From IMG/VR virus record IMGVR_UViG_2917762859_000001: a stretch of DNA of 64,000 bases. One strand, written 5' to 3'. Within the stretch, counting starts at the first letter, position 1, and each line of letters starts with the position of its first letter. The notes beneath the pieces were generated by a model, which saw only the letters and a list, made by a program, of their open reading frames with translations, searched no databases and was not told where the DNA came from. The position numbers were made by a program, and so were the translations under genes. Source of the stretch: a virus (taxonomy: Duplodnaviria; Caudoviricetes). This document shows, one piece after another, positions 29,228 to 39,260 of the stretch.

Positions 29228-29596
29228 ATGGGCGCAGAAGTAAGGGGTATTTCTCAGGCTAACGCAAACCTTAGAGCACTTGTTGGTGATATACAAGGTA
29301 AGAAAGTGATGAGAGCTATTCAGTCTGCTTTGTTGATTGGTAGTACTCAGGCGGCTATATACACACCTATTGATACATCAACACTTATCAACTCCCAATT
29401 CAGGGAAGTCACTGTTAATGGCACTCGCGTTACTGGTCGTGTCGGATATACAGCAAACTACGCGGTTTATGTTCATGATCCAAGAATTAAGCAAAACTTT
29501 AGGCGTTCAAGTGCTCGTAAAGAGTTCTTGTCTCGTGGTTTTGAGGATGAACGCAAGGCTATTGATGAAGCGGTGAGACGGGAGCTTCAAATATGA
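29228..29596 (+). CDS. HK97 gp10-like neck protein
   Basis: TPIDTSTLINS; YAVYVH. Confidence 0.75.
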   Translation: MGAEVRGISQANANLRALVGDIQGKKVMRAIQSALLIGSTQAAIYTPIDTSTLINSQFREVTVNGTRVTGRVGYTANYAVYVHDPRIKQNFRRSSARKEFLSRGFEDERKAIDEAVRRELQI

Positions 29597-29961
29597 TACA
29601 TGAGAAGTTTGAGCGCTACTTAAACAGAGGTAATTTACTAGATGGTTTCATCGTTCAATATCTGACGTGGAATGAGAAACCAGACGAAAAAACTCAGCAA
29701 TATGCTGTTATTCAGCCTGATGATGGTAGTGGTCGATTTGCTGATTTGGGTGCTGATGATTTCGTGACGCTTGTTCTAGTATCTGCGCAGTATGATCCTG
29801 AGCCTGCATTGATAAGGGCTAATGAAATTCTAAACTTTGTTGCTGAATTTCCTGATGACTGCGAACTCAATTCAATCTACAACTTAGGTGGACTACCAAG
29901 GCCCATACCAACAGAAGAAGGCCGGTTTATCCTTAAGCTTTCTTTTCGCTGTACATCTTAA
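29593..29961 (+). CDS. Tail terminator
   Basis: Position before the tail tube gene. Confidence 0.65.
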   Translation: MIHEKFERYLNRGNLLDGFIVQYLTWNEKPDEKTQQYAVIQPDDGSGRFADLGADDFVTLVLVSAQYDPEPALIRANEILNFVAEFPDDCELNSIYNLGGLPRPIPTEEGRFILKLSFRCTS

Positions 29962-30025
29962 ATTAAACACATCTCAACAGGTCGCTTATGCGGCCTTTTT
30001 TATTTGCAAATAAAGAGGTTATAAC

Positions 30026-30781
30026 ATGGCACAATGCCCTGATGATAAAGGCCTAGTGATGGGTAACGCAGGTATTCTGCGCATTGCAAAAGGCTGCCCT
30101 GACCAAGTACCAGCACAAGATCAGTTCTTACGCTTAGGTGCATTAACAAGCAAGTCATTCGATTTCGGCATGGAGACAGTGACATCTAATGCTGATGACA
30201 CTAAAGGCTTAACTGAATCAATTGTTACTGGCGCTGACTTTACCATTAGTTTTGATGGTGAATTAAAGAAAGCTGGTGTGACCGGTTCTACTTCCGCGTT
30301 TGATATTGCCAAAGAAATCCTTGATGAAATCAAAGCTGGTCGCCAACCAGATTATTGGATTCAACTTGATATGAAAGGTGATGGTTCTGATGTTGTTCAG
30401 GGCTATATGTTGTTTACATCTTGGTCAATGGAGTTTCCAACAAAAGAAATTTCTACCTATTCAGGTGAATTGAAAGTTGCTGATGCAGAAACGGTTGAAT
30501 GGCTACAAGAAGAAATCGTTGTTGAAAGTATTACTGTCGAGCCAGCCACTCTGGCTGTAAAAGTAGGTGAAACCAAGACATTTACCGTCAAATTTACCCC
30601 AACCGATGCTACGAACAAAAACTACACTGCTGTGAGCGATAAGCCGAACTTTGCAACAGTTACTCAGCTTGTGAATGTAGTCACTGTACGTGGTGTTGCT
30701 GAAGGTACTGCAAATATCACTGTCACATCTGAAGATGGTAGTAAAACAGCAAAATGCGTGGTCACTGTTACCGCTGCTTAA
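30026..30781 (+). CDS. Major tail protein with C-terminal Ig-like domain
   Basis: PTDATNK...GTANITVTSEDG Big_2 motif. Confidence 0.88.
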   Translation: MAQCPDDKGLVMGNAGILRIAKGCPDQVPAQDQFLRLGALTSKSFDFGMETVTSNADDTKGLTESIVTGADFTISFDGELKKAGVTGSTSAFDIAKEILDEIKAGRQPDYWIQLDMKGDGSDVVQGYMLFTSWSMEFPTKEISTYSGELKVADAETVEWLQEEIVVESITVEPATLAVKVGETKTFTVKFTPTDATNKNYTAVSDKPNFATVTQLVNVVTVRGVAEGTANITVTSEDGSKTAKCVVTVTAA

Positions 30782-30830
30782 TATTACAAAGGGTGCTTTC
30801 GAGTGCCCTTGATAATATTCAGGAGGGATT

Positions 30831-31523
30831 ATGACGCCTATTTTAGAAATCGGGGAGATGGTTATCTCTACTGATAAAAAGGATTACTTATTTAGACCAT
30901 CGTTCATTAATATGACAAGAATCGGTGAGCCTAAACAGATTGTGAAAGCCTACGGTCAATTAAATGGTGCTGAGGTGCAAGAGTTAATTACTCGTGCTGT
31001 AATGAGCTACAGGGTTATTCCTGAGTGGTTAATAAAAGCCATTAGCAAGCCGACATATGGACGCAATATCCTACAAATTGCAATGATGGTTATGCAGGTG
31101 TGCTGTGATGATGATTGTTCTGAAATTATTGGTGAATGGAGATCGGGTAAGCGCGGTATTGTCTATAAAAACGGTAAGATGCCAATCGCTGACATTATCG
31201 TCATTGCTCGAGAATTATTCACTCACGGAATTATCGGTAAAGCGAAGATCCGTAAACTTCAACGCAATGAAGGCAAAAACGAATTCTCAGATGAGTTTAT
31301 GGCAATTGACTACATCAGCTCTGCTCGTGCGCACTTTGGTATGAATCGAGAGGAAGCCGAACAGCTAACCATGACTGAATTTCAGATGATGCTCAAAGCT
31401 AAATATCCTGATGAAAAAGGCTTCACCAAAGAAGAATATGACAACATCATGAAACAAGATGATAAACGGAATGATGAACTGATCAGTGGTAAGCGTCGAT
31501 TGGTGAGTAGGAAACGTAAATGA
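30831..31523 (+). CDS. Tail assembly chaperone-like protein
   Basis: Follows the tail tube gene; LTMTEFQMML. Confidence 0.65.
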   Translation: MTPILEIGEMVISTDKKDYLFRPSFINMTRIGEPKQIVKAYGQLNGAEVQELITRAVMSYRVIPEWLIKAISKPTYGRNILQIAMMVMQVCCDDDCSEIIGEWRSGKRGIVYKNGKMPIADIIVIARELFTHGIIGKAKIRKLQRNEGKNEFSDEFMAIDYISSARAHFGMNREEAEQLTMTEFQMMLKAKYPDEKGFTKEEYDNIMKQDDKRNDELISGKRRLVSRKRK

Positions 31524-31593
31524 GTTAGTTTGCTTTCTTTTGCATCGCTGTCTATATAACATAAGATTAAATTAACTTATTGATGGTGATAAT

Positions 31594-31825
31594 ATGACCG
31601 AGAATGAATGGTTGGACGGATTAAGAGGATTTCCTGACGAAGCGATACTAAAACTTCATTTTAGTCTTCAAGAAAAGATAAAGAAGCACTATAAAATGAG
31701 AGATAAAGCGAATAATTTAAATAAGGCCATTGAGTATTGTAAGCGACAAAAAGCCTAATGCAGACGGAACTTTCAGCATCACAGCAAGTGAGTATTTTTC
31801 TGCAAAGAAAGATTACAACGTTTAA
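31594..31825 (+). pseudogene. Deletion junction: truncated moron ORF joined to the 3' end of a tail-tip gene
   Basis: 54-aa ORF stops at 31758; orphan frame KPNADGTFSITASEY...NV* at 31751-31825; no tape-measure gene present. Confidence 0.7.
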
Positions 31826-31883
31826 TTAAATTCATTTCAATCATAGCCAGCCTAAGTGCTGGCTTTTTTTATTGGGAAAAATT

Positions 31884-34133
31884 ATGTCTACAATTCCAAC
31901 ACAAAATCCAGTTCCAAGTGAAGCGGCGAAAGACCTTAAATTTAACTCAGGTAAAATTGACGAATTCGTTACGTCAATGAAAAATAAATATATCGATAGA
32001 TTCGGGCAAGAACATTTTACAATCGAAGGATTGCGGTGGGTTGCTCAACAAGCAATATCTCAATTCGGCTATATCACATTAGAATCATTCCAAAAAGGTG
32101 CAGAAATAACACTGCCAAATCAAGTTTTACGCGATGAGGTAACAGGAGAGTATTATCGTTGGGATGGTGAGCTACCCAAATATGTTCCTTTAAATTCAAG
32201 CCCTGAAAATACAGGTGGGGTAGGATTGGGTAAATGGGTAAGTGTTGGTGATGCTAGTTTAAGGAGAGAGTTATCTGAAAATAGTGGTTCATCATTAATT
32301 GGCACAAAAACAGGAGATACAGTTGAAGAAAGATTTTCATCAATTGAGCAAGATGTGAAGGAGTCTGCAGGGAAATCTTTATCAAATATTAAAATTTTTG
32401 CAGAACTACCTCTTAGACCTGCCGGATATGGAGAGATATTAGAAAAATACAACTACAAATATATATACCCACAAGGAATGTGTTTTTTTGATGATGATAA
32501 TGAAATATATATAACGTGCTCTGGGGTTGGGGGGGATAATAACTGGGCATGGATATATGTTTATGATAGAGATTCACTATCTTTAAAATCGATATTCTCA
32601 GCTGGTGATACTAACTCAGAGGGCTTATATGTAACAAAAATAGATGGTGATAAATATCTTTTTATTCTTGATTATTATTCTGGTTCTGGCAATGGTAAAA
32701 CAGGAGTATATAAATTACCTAATGATATATCTTCAGTTAATATGACAAGATTAACTGCATATAATGTTTGCAACACAAGGCAGTATTTTCAAATTGCTGG
32801 ATATAATAATCAAATAATAATTGAGGTTAATAATGGTTCAGATGCGCCGCAGTTTTTGCAAAGAAGAACAAAATTTAATTATTATGATGCGAGAGACTTG
32901 CTGGAAAATATAGAACCTACTCCTATTGGAGCTATATCTGTTGATAAAAATATCGAAAAGATAGGTAAAAGACAAGGTATCGCAATTACTCCAAATGGAT
33001 TAATAACATCAGGTGGAGCATATACTCCATACGGTGGTGATGTTAATGATGAAAATATTTTTTCATTCAGAACGTTAACTTTTTCAGGTAATGAGACAGG
33101 TTCTTTGTTATGCGATCCCAATAAGTTGTGTGATCAGATAAACCCACACTTAAAGCAAAAAGCAACAAGGATGGAAAATGAAGGGTGTGCGTACACTGAA
33201 AATGGTGATGGTATCATCCTTTCTTTAAACGTATTAAACACAGATAATGATGTTGGTGGTATTTTTCTTTTTGAACATTTTATTTCTTCCGCTGATAAAA
33301 ATATTATTGATGTATCTTCCGCAATCCTCTTGGACTGCTTAGATAATAATAATGATACAAATATTGATATATCTATAATTCCATACGATAAGTTACAAAA
33401 TAAAAGATTAACAACACTAAAACAAATACTAGATAGAATGAATCGTGATGGAGTTCAGGTTTATCAGTTTTATAATGGTTACACTCCATATGTGACTGAT
33501 ATTAACGGTATGGAAATAACACCAAGCTGTTCAGTAACTATAAAGAATTTTAATTCCTATTCTTATCTTGTCACAGTCTCAGGAAATAGAACCAACTATC
33601 AAATGTTTGTTACAGGAGATATAGGTGGGCCATATACTCAGCATATGGACTCAATAGCAACATCACCTTTTAATCAGATAAGACCTGAGTTTTTAAGTAG
33701 AGGTGTTAAAATTCAAGGGGTTAATGGGCTTCCGTGTGATAACTACTACACTAATAATCCAGGGCAAATCGCAATAGCCAGATATTACTCTGGAGATAAC
33801 TCTTCTCCTATGCTAACAGGGTCTATTATTGTTGACGGGAGCTCAGGGAGAACATCATTCAATACAACATCAGACGAAAGGCTAAAAATTGACAAAGGAG
33901 AATATACCAATGGTTTAGATAAGATATTGAAACTGATAAACAATAATGCGCTAAGGAATTTTGAATGGAAGCATAATGGGCATGAACAGTATGGATTGAT
34001 GGCGCAGAGAGTAAGCGACGTTATCCCTGATGCAGTGTCTTATGATAAAGATACAGACACATACATGGTTAACTATAGTGCTATCATACCTGACATAATC
34101 TCTGCTATAGCAGAACTTTCAAAAAGAAAATAA
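31884..34133 (+). CDS. Tailspike/receptor-binding protein with S74 chaperone
   Basis: PVPSEAAKDLKFNSGKIDE anchor; TSDERLK...GLMAQ S74 motif. Confidence 0.88.
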   Translation: MSTIPTQNPVPSEAAKDLKFNSGKIDEFVTSMKNKYIDRFGQEHFTIEGLRWVAQQAISQFGYITLESFQKGAEITLPNQVLRDEVTGEYYRWDGELPKYVPLNSSPENTGGVGLGKWVSVGDASLRRELSENSGSSLIGTKTGDTVEERFSSIEQDVKESAGKSLSNIKIFAELPLRPAGYGEILEKYNYKYIYPQGMCFFDDDNEIYITCSGVGGDNNWAWIYVYDRDSLSLKSIFSAGDTNSEGLYVTKIDGDKYLFILDYYSGSGNGKTGVYKLPNDISSVNMTRLTAYNVCNTRQYFQIAGYNNQIIIEVNNGSDAPQFLQRRTKFNYYDARDLLENIEPTPIGAISVDKNIEKIGKRQGIAITPNGLITSGGAYTPYGGDVNDENIFSFRTLTFSGNETGSLLCDPNKLCDQINPHLKQKATRMENEGCAYTENGDGIILSLNVLNTDNDVGGIFLFEHFISSADKNIIDVSSAILLDCLDNNNDTNIDISIIPYDKLQNKRLTTLKQILDRMNRDGVQVYQFYNGYTPYVTDINGMEITPSCSVTIKNFNSYSYLVTVSGNRTNYQMFVTGDIGGPYTQHMDSIATSPFNQIRPEFLSRGVKIQGVNGLPCDNYYTNNPGQIAIARYYSGDNSSPMLTGSIIVDGSSGRTSFNTTSDERLKIDKGEYTNGLDKILKLINNNALRNFEWKHNGHEQYGLMAQRVSDVIPDAVSYDKDTDTYMVNYSAIIPDIISAIAELSKRK

Positions 34134-34384
34134 AATATATAATGTGGCATATGCAAGTAAGTATTATCATGTTTGCGCTAATATATTCACTTGATATTGA
34201 TGTGATATAATCAACACGCGACATTAATTTACTCGCTTGCATATACATGATTATCAACATAAATTGTATTTTTTATGTTAATTTAATAATTAAAAAATAG
34301 CCTTATTAAAACTTGATGTTTAAAAAATATAAGTTATCTGATATTTTTGATTTTATCAGATTTAACAATACAAGGCAGAGTTGC

Positions 34385-36382
34385 ATGGTTTCTTATAGGA
34401 AAGAGCTTGATGGTATAAGAGCGCTGGCTGTGATAGCTGTTATACTTTATCATGCTGATTTTCAATTGGTTGGAAAAACCCTTTTTAAGGGTGGTTATCT
34501 AGGTGTTGATGTATTTTTTGTGCTTTCAGGGTATTTAATCACTGGTATCATAAGAGACAAGCTTGGAAAAGGAAATTTTTCGATAGTTGATTTCTATTGG
34601 CGAAGAATTAAACGTATAGTTCCAGCGCTACTTGTCGTTTTAATATTTACGTCAGTTTGTGCATATTTTGTTCTAATACCAGACTCTTTAATTGCTTATG
34701 CGAAATCATTAAGATCGGCATTATATTTTGGTTCTAATTATTATTTCTTATCTGAAGATAGCTATATTGCTGAAGCGAGTATACATAAACCTTTACTTCA
34801 TACATGGAGTCTTGCTGTCGAATGGCAATTCTATGTTTTATTCCCAATTATTATTTTATTCATAAACAAGTTTTTTAAAAGATACACGCTGGGTATCTTA
34901 ATTATTATGATGCTTGCATCTTTACAGTATGCAAATATTATTGTTGGTGAAAGATCGGATGAAGCATTCTATTTACTTCCTTCTAGGGCGTGGGAACTAT
35001 TTGCTGGAGGTATAGCCACGTTTTATAACAGATCAAATCTTGATACATTGAAAGATGGAACAATAGGTAGCTTAATTGCCAAAGCAATGCCAGTTTTTGG
35101 TTTGTTTTTAGTTATTCATAGTATGATTTTTATTGGTCATGATAATCCTCACCCATCTTTTATAACTGCGATCCCTGTTATTGGGATATGCTTGTTTATT
35201 ATCTTTGCAAATAAAGGAGATATTGCAAATGATATATTCTCAATTAAGCCTATTGTATTTATAGGTTTAATTTCATACTCATTATATCTATGGCATCAGC
35301 CTGTTTTTGTTTTTTTTAGATTACTAAAGTCTGATGAAATAAATCACTCTCAATTAATTATTTTAATAATAATCGCAATGTTATTATCTGTAATAACTTA
35401 TTATTTGATAGAGAATAAATTCAGGGTGAGGAAATTAAGTATTTTTAAAATAATAACACTTATATTAATGGCTTCTTTACTGTTTTCTTTTTACAAAGTA
35501 GCAATAGAAACCAAAGGCTTTTCTGATAGATTTAGTGGAAAATTAAAAGAAGTAAATGAACGATTCAGTGTATTAGAGTTTAGAAAATTAAAAGATGAAA
35601 ATAATTTAGGTAAAGGATATTTATCTAGTCAACAACAATCACTATGTAATAATAGAACCGTTGATACAGCTTGTGCTTTTGGTGATAAAGAATGGATTAA
35701 TATTGGAGATAGTTTTGCTGGTCAGTTAGATCCTGAATTGAAAAAGGCATTAGATGAAAAAGGCCATGGGTTTATTAGTATGACTTATGAGCAGTGTCCT
35801 TTTGTATCTCCTAATATTTGGTTTGGTAATGTCCCTGAATGCGCAGTGGTTAATGAGGATAGATTAAAATACTTTTCTAACTTACAAGAGAAAAAGAAAA
35901 TTATAGTCGCAGCTAATTACTGGCAGTTTTCATTGCCCAAAAAAAGGATACCTGTAAGCAATTTATCTTCATCTGCATTTCCAGAAAATGTTGATTTTGA
36001 TAAAGAAATAGCGTGGAAAAGTTATGTTGACAACATTAAGTTCTTATTAAGTAAAGGTCATGATGTTTATGTCATCTATCCAATTCCTGTTCCTCATATT
36101 GATGTAAGGAATCAATTACTAGGACAATTAAATACTCCTATCTCTACATATAGAGAGGAATTTTCACCGAGCAAATTATCATATCCAGATACAATAAGAA
36201 CGACCAAAAAGCTAGATTCTCTTTTACCAGATCACCCTAATCTGCATAAAGTTTATACAGATAAGATTTTCTGTGAGAATGAGCAATGTTTAATTATTAA
36301 TAGTGATGGTGCGATATATAGCGGTGGAGGTGGTCACTTAACTGATGTTGGCGCTAAAATGGTTTTAAAAAGCTTTCTTTGA
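34385..36382 (+). CDS. O-acetyltransferase, AT3 plus SGNH (OafA/OafB-like)
   Basis: DGIRALAV, GVDVFFVLSG, HTWSLAVEWQFY, GDSFA and GHL motifs. Confidence 0.93.
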   Translation: MVSYRKELDGIRALAVIAVILYHADFQLVGKTLFKGGYLGVDVFFVLSGYLITGIIRDKLGKGNFSIVDFYWRRIKRIVPALLVVLIFTSVCAYFVLIPDSLIAYAKSLRSALYFGSNYYFLSEDSYIAEASIHKPLLHTWSLAVEWQFYVLFPIIILFINKFFKRYTLGILIIMMLASLQYANIIVGERSDEAFYLLPSRAWELFAGGIATFYNRSNLDTLKDGTIGSLIAKAMPVFGLFLVIHSMIFIGHDNPHPSFITAIPVIGICLFIIFANKGDIANDIFSIKPIVFIGLISYSLYLWHQPVFVFFRLLKSDEINHSQLIILIIIAMLLSVITYYLIENKFRVRKLSIFKIITLILMASLLFSFYKVAIETKGFSDRFSGKLKEVNERFSVLEFRKLKDENNLGKGYLSSQQQSLCNNRTVDTACAFGDKEWINIGDSFAGQLDPELKKALDEKGHGFISMTYEQCPFVSPNIWFGNVPECAVVNEDRLKYFSNLQEKKKIIVAANYWQFSLPKKRIPVSNLSSSAFPENVDFDKEIAWKSYVDNIKFLLSKGHDVYVIYPIPVPHIDVRNQLLGQLNTPISTYREEFSPSKLSYPDTIRTTKKLDSLLPDHPNLHKVYTDKIFCENEQCLIINSDGAIYSGGGGHLTDVGAKMVLKSFL

Positions 36383-36582
36383 TTAATAGAAAAGTCCACT
36401 TTAGTGGGCTTTTTCTTGTTCATTGCCAAATATTACTCAGCTAGTTACTAAAAGAATTCTTAAGGCTCACATTTATCATTTTTATGACGGGCATCTTATT
36501 GATGCCTATTTTTCATATATCACACTTTTATTTCATATTTCGTACAAGTATACTATTTATATGTAAATCAAATTACGAGGCT

Positions 36583-37593
36583 ATGATTTTGTGGGCTGAT
36601 AACTTAAGGTCAATATCGATACTTGCTGTTGTTTTGTTACACGTATCTTCAGGGTTTGTTGGAGATATAGATATTTCAAGTGATTTATATGGAAGCAAAA
36701 GCTGGTGGGCAGGGAATATCTACGAATCTATATCAAGATGGTGCGTTCCATCTTTTGTTATGATTAGTGGTTATTTTTTGTTAAACAAGAAAGAGGATAA
36801 CCTGACTTTTTTTCACAAAAGAGTAAAAAGAATATTAATACCACTTATCTTTTGGTCTGTATTTTTTTCTTTTTGGATGGTGTTAAGATATTTTGCTAAA
36901 GGTGCAGATGTATTGCCAGCTTTAATAAAAAACTGGCTCCTTGGTCAGCCTTACTATCACCTTTGGTTTTTATTCATGATACCATTCTTATATTTGGTGA
37001 CACCGATTTTAAGAGTGGCGTTTAGTAACTCATCTAAAGGTGTTTTATTTTCATTTATAGTATTGTGTTTTTCGTTATCAATGCTCACTGTTATATTTTA
37101 CTATATTGCATCCTTACTTAACATGGGTAGTAAGGTAACTTTATTCACAAATAACTTTCTGATGTTTTTGGGTTATTTTTGTCTTGGTGGGTATATTTGC
37201 AAGTACAATATAGAGTTAAAATTGGTAAATAGTTTACTTATCTTTCTTCTATCAATAATGGCGACAGCCATAGGTAGCTATTTTTTTACCTACGAATATT
37301 TTTACTCTTACTTAAGTATCACTACCGTTTTTTCATCTATATCTATTTTTTTCTTAATCAAGCAATCTTTAAATAGAAAATCATTCATTGGTTATTTTTC
37401 TGGATTAAGCTTCGGTATCTATCTTATACACCCTGTTTTTATAGATATAATCTCTTTTTTAGGGAAGGGTTTAATACAAGGGAAAATAAATGCATTCATT
37501 TATATACCGCTTGCAACAATTTGTGTCTATCTTCTTTCATATTTAGTGGCGCTATTTATGAGTAAATCTAGAATTCTTAATAAATGCATATGA
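36583..37593 (+). CDS. Stand-alone acyltransferase-3 (WecH-like)
   Basis: LRSISILAVVLLH, VPSFVMISG, YHLWFL and FGIYLIH motifs. Confidence 0.9.
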   Translation: MILWADNLRSISILAVVLLHVSSGFVGDIDISSDLYGSKSWWAGNIYESISRWCVPSFVMISGYFLLNKKEDNLTFFHKRVKRILIPLIFWSVFFSFWMVLRYFAKGADVLPALIKNWLLGQPYYHLWFLFMIPFLYLVTPILRVAFSNSSKGVLFSFIVLCFSLSMLTVIFYYIASLLNMGSKVTLFTNNFLMFLGYFCLGGYICKYNIELKLVNSLLIFLLSIMATAIGSYFFTYEYFYSYLSITTVFSSISIFFLIKQSLNRKSFIGYFSGLSFGIYLIHPVFIDIISFLGKGLIQGKINAFIYIPLATICVYLLSYLVALFMSKSRILNKCI

Positions 37594-37621
37594 CCATAAA
37601 GCCCACTTCGGTGGGCTTCTA

Positions 37622-37842
37622 TTATTCACTCTTCAAATACTGCACCGATTTACTGTCAGGCAGCCTCTTACTTCTCTCACGATAAAACGTTAATCGTTCA
37701 TTAAAATACTCACGCAAATGTGCTGGTTGTTGTCGTTCAACTTCTGAGGCGACAACTGGCATTCTTTATATGCGACACCACTTGCGGCCAAATCGACATT
37801 AATCTTGTCTTTTTCTTCTTGAATTAGGTTTGCGAGGTTCAT
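37622..37842 (-). pseudogene. DNA polymerase III theta (HolE/Hot) homologue, frameshifted
   Basis: DKINVDLAASGVAYKE, then after a shift MPVVASEVERQQPAHLREYFNERL. Confidence 0.8.
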
Positions 37843-38016
37843 AGTAGATCCGGTTAGTTTTTGGAGAGTATAGCAGGGTGGGAGAATTGATGGGACTAAT
37901 TTGGGACAAGCAACATGAAGTAGCATAAGGCAACTTCAAGTAACTTTAGGTAAGGTGGGACGTGTGAACGCTTGGTGAGACTGTATTTAGTTGATATTAA
38001 AGCATAATTCTACGCT

Positions 38017-38061
38017 CTTCTAAGCCGTAGGTCACAGGTTCGAATCCTGTAGGGCGTACCA
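38017..38061 (+). repeat. att core: 3' part of tRNA-Arg(UCU) (attR of prophage 1)
   Basis: CTTCTAAGCCGTAGGTCACAGGTTCGAATCCTGTAGGGCGTACCA; DLP12-type integrases target argU. Confidence 0.9.
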
Positions 38062-38110
38062 TTTAAAATCAATGAGTTACAGGATTTTAAAAAGAAACCC
38101 GCAAGAGATG

Positions 38111-38132
38111 CGGGTCAAGTAACGGGTCAAGT
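38111..38132 (+). repeat. CGGGTCAAGT x2, probable arm sites of prophage 2
   Basis: 10-bp direct repeat between att and xis. Confidence 0.55.
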
Positions 38133-38137
38133 TAGCA

Positions 38138-38326
38138 TTACAGTTTTTCACTTCTAACCCACTCTTCATAGACATGTTCTGGCCAGCCTAAAAACGTACC
38201 ACCTTTTGTTCTTTCTGGCCTGGGAAACTCATTTCGTTTTGCGTACATTCTCCAAATTGTAGGTTTGCTTTTGCCAGTTAACTGGATCATTTCCTTCCAC
38301 TTAATATATCGAGTTGTAGTTGTCAC
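38138..38326 (-). CDS. AlpA-family excisionase
   Basis: TGKSKPTIWRM...FPRP...GW. Confidence 0.85.
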   Translation of the reverse strand: MTTTTRYIKWKEMIQLTGKSKPTIWRMYAKRNEFPRPERTKGGTFLGWPEHVYEEWVRSEKL

Positions 38327-38640
38327 TTTTTGTCTCCCTTCCTATACCCGTTCTCCGTAATAGCCTGTGCGATAGTCGCTGGTGGGTTATCCCAATGAGC
38401 ATCAAAAATGATATCGTTTAAATGATATTTGCTAATGTCATCCAATGTCTTAGGCAAATTGTCATGAGGTAATTTTAAATAAATAGAATCACCGGTCATG
38501 CTCACCGTAATATCAATGATCTGTTCAGTGGTAAAATCTGTTTTACGATAACCAGCCTTCCAAACAGCATCTGTTATATCACTCGGATCAGTACCTGCAT
38601 TTTTGATGACACTAACGAGATTGAAATCTAAAGTTGTCAT
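38323..38640 (-). CDS. Hypothetical protein with internal repeat
   Basis: ITDAVWKAGYRK / IAQAITENGYRK. Confidence 0.6.
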   Translation of the reverse strand: MTTLDFNLVSVIKNAGTDPSDITDAVWKAGYRKTDFTTEQIIDITVSMTGDSIYLKLPHDNLPKTLDDISKYHLNDIIFDAHWDNPPATIAQAITENGYRKGDKK

Positions 38641-39248
38641 TAATCATCATCCTTAATTAAACTGTAAACTTTATCAGTGATATCAAAAGCATTATCAGCC
38701 ACTGGTAGTACAAGTAATTTAGGATCTCCAAATGCGTCTTTTGTCATAGATGAAAAATTAAAAAGCACATTCTTGTTATTTTTTGTTTTTAGTATTCCTG
38801 TAATAACACGACCAAATAATAAATAAGGTAAAGCTAAGTACATGGCCTGTATTAAAGGTGCTTCACCTTTAATAAATTCCTGCTCAAAAAGACAATTAAA
38901 TGATGGGTACTTATCTTTAATTAAAGTGAGCTTTGTTTTATAGGAGGGATAGAAATTTTCATCCTTCTCTTGTTTATAATGAATAGCGACATAAGAACCA
39001 TCGTCATATGATTTAATATGTGTATATTCAGCATCTCTAGGAATTGCTTCATCAAATTGAATAACAATATCATCACTGAATTCAGAATTGTGTTTCATGC
39101 GCAATACTGCATGCCCATTAGATACTTCGATATATTCAGCGTTGATGTGGATGCAATTAGTAATAAGACGAACATCATCACTCATTTTTAATAATGTAAG
39201 TGCAGCTCTTAATTGGCTTGTCTCGATGTAAGGTAATTTAGTTGTCAT
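38640..39248 (-). CDS. Protein with a beta-clamp-like motif
   Basis: DVRLITNCIHI...SNGH resembles the DnaN central domain. Confidence 0.45.
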   Translation of the reverse strand: MTTKLPYIETSQLRAALTLLKMSDDVRLITNCIHINAEYIEVSNGHAVLRMKHNSEFSDDIVIQFDEAIPRDAEYTHIKSYDDGSYVAIHYKQEKDENFYPSYKTKLTLIKDKYPSFNCLFEQEFIKGEAPLIQAMYLALPYLLFGRVITGILKTKNNKNVLFNFSSMTKDAFGDPKLLVLPVADNAFDITDKVYSLIKDDD

Positions 39249-39260
39249 TTTTTACCGTCC

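Larger units (their letters stand above)
1..38061. mobile_element. Prophage 1, lambdoid, integrated at tRNA-Arg(UCU); tail module partly deleted
   Basis: Gene order int-xis-early left-cI/cro-O/DnaB-nin-Q-lysis-head-tail-morons ends at a tRNA 3' fragment; attL would lie just left of the window. Confidence 0.93.

Noticed and set aside
37981-38061. A complete tRNA-Arg gene
   Set aside because: No 5' acceptor strand or D arm; only the att duplicate is present
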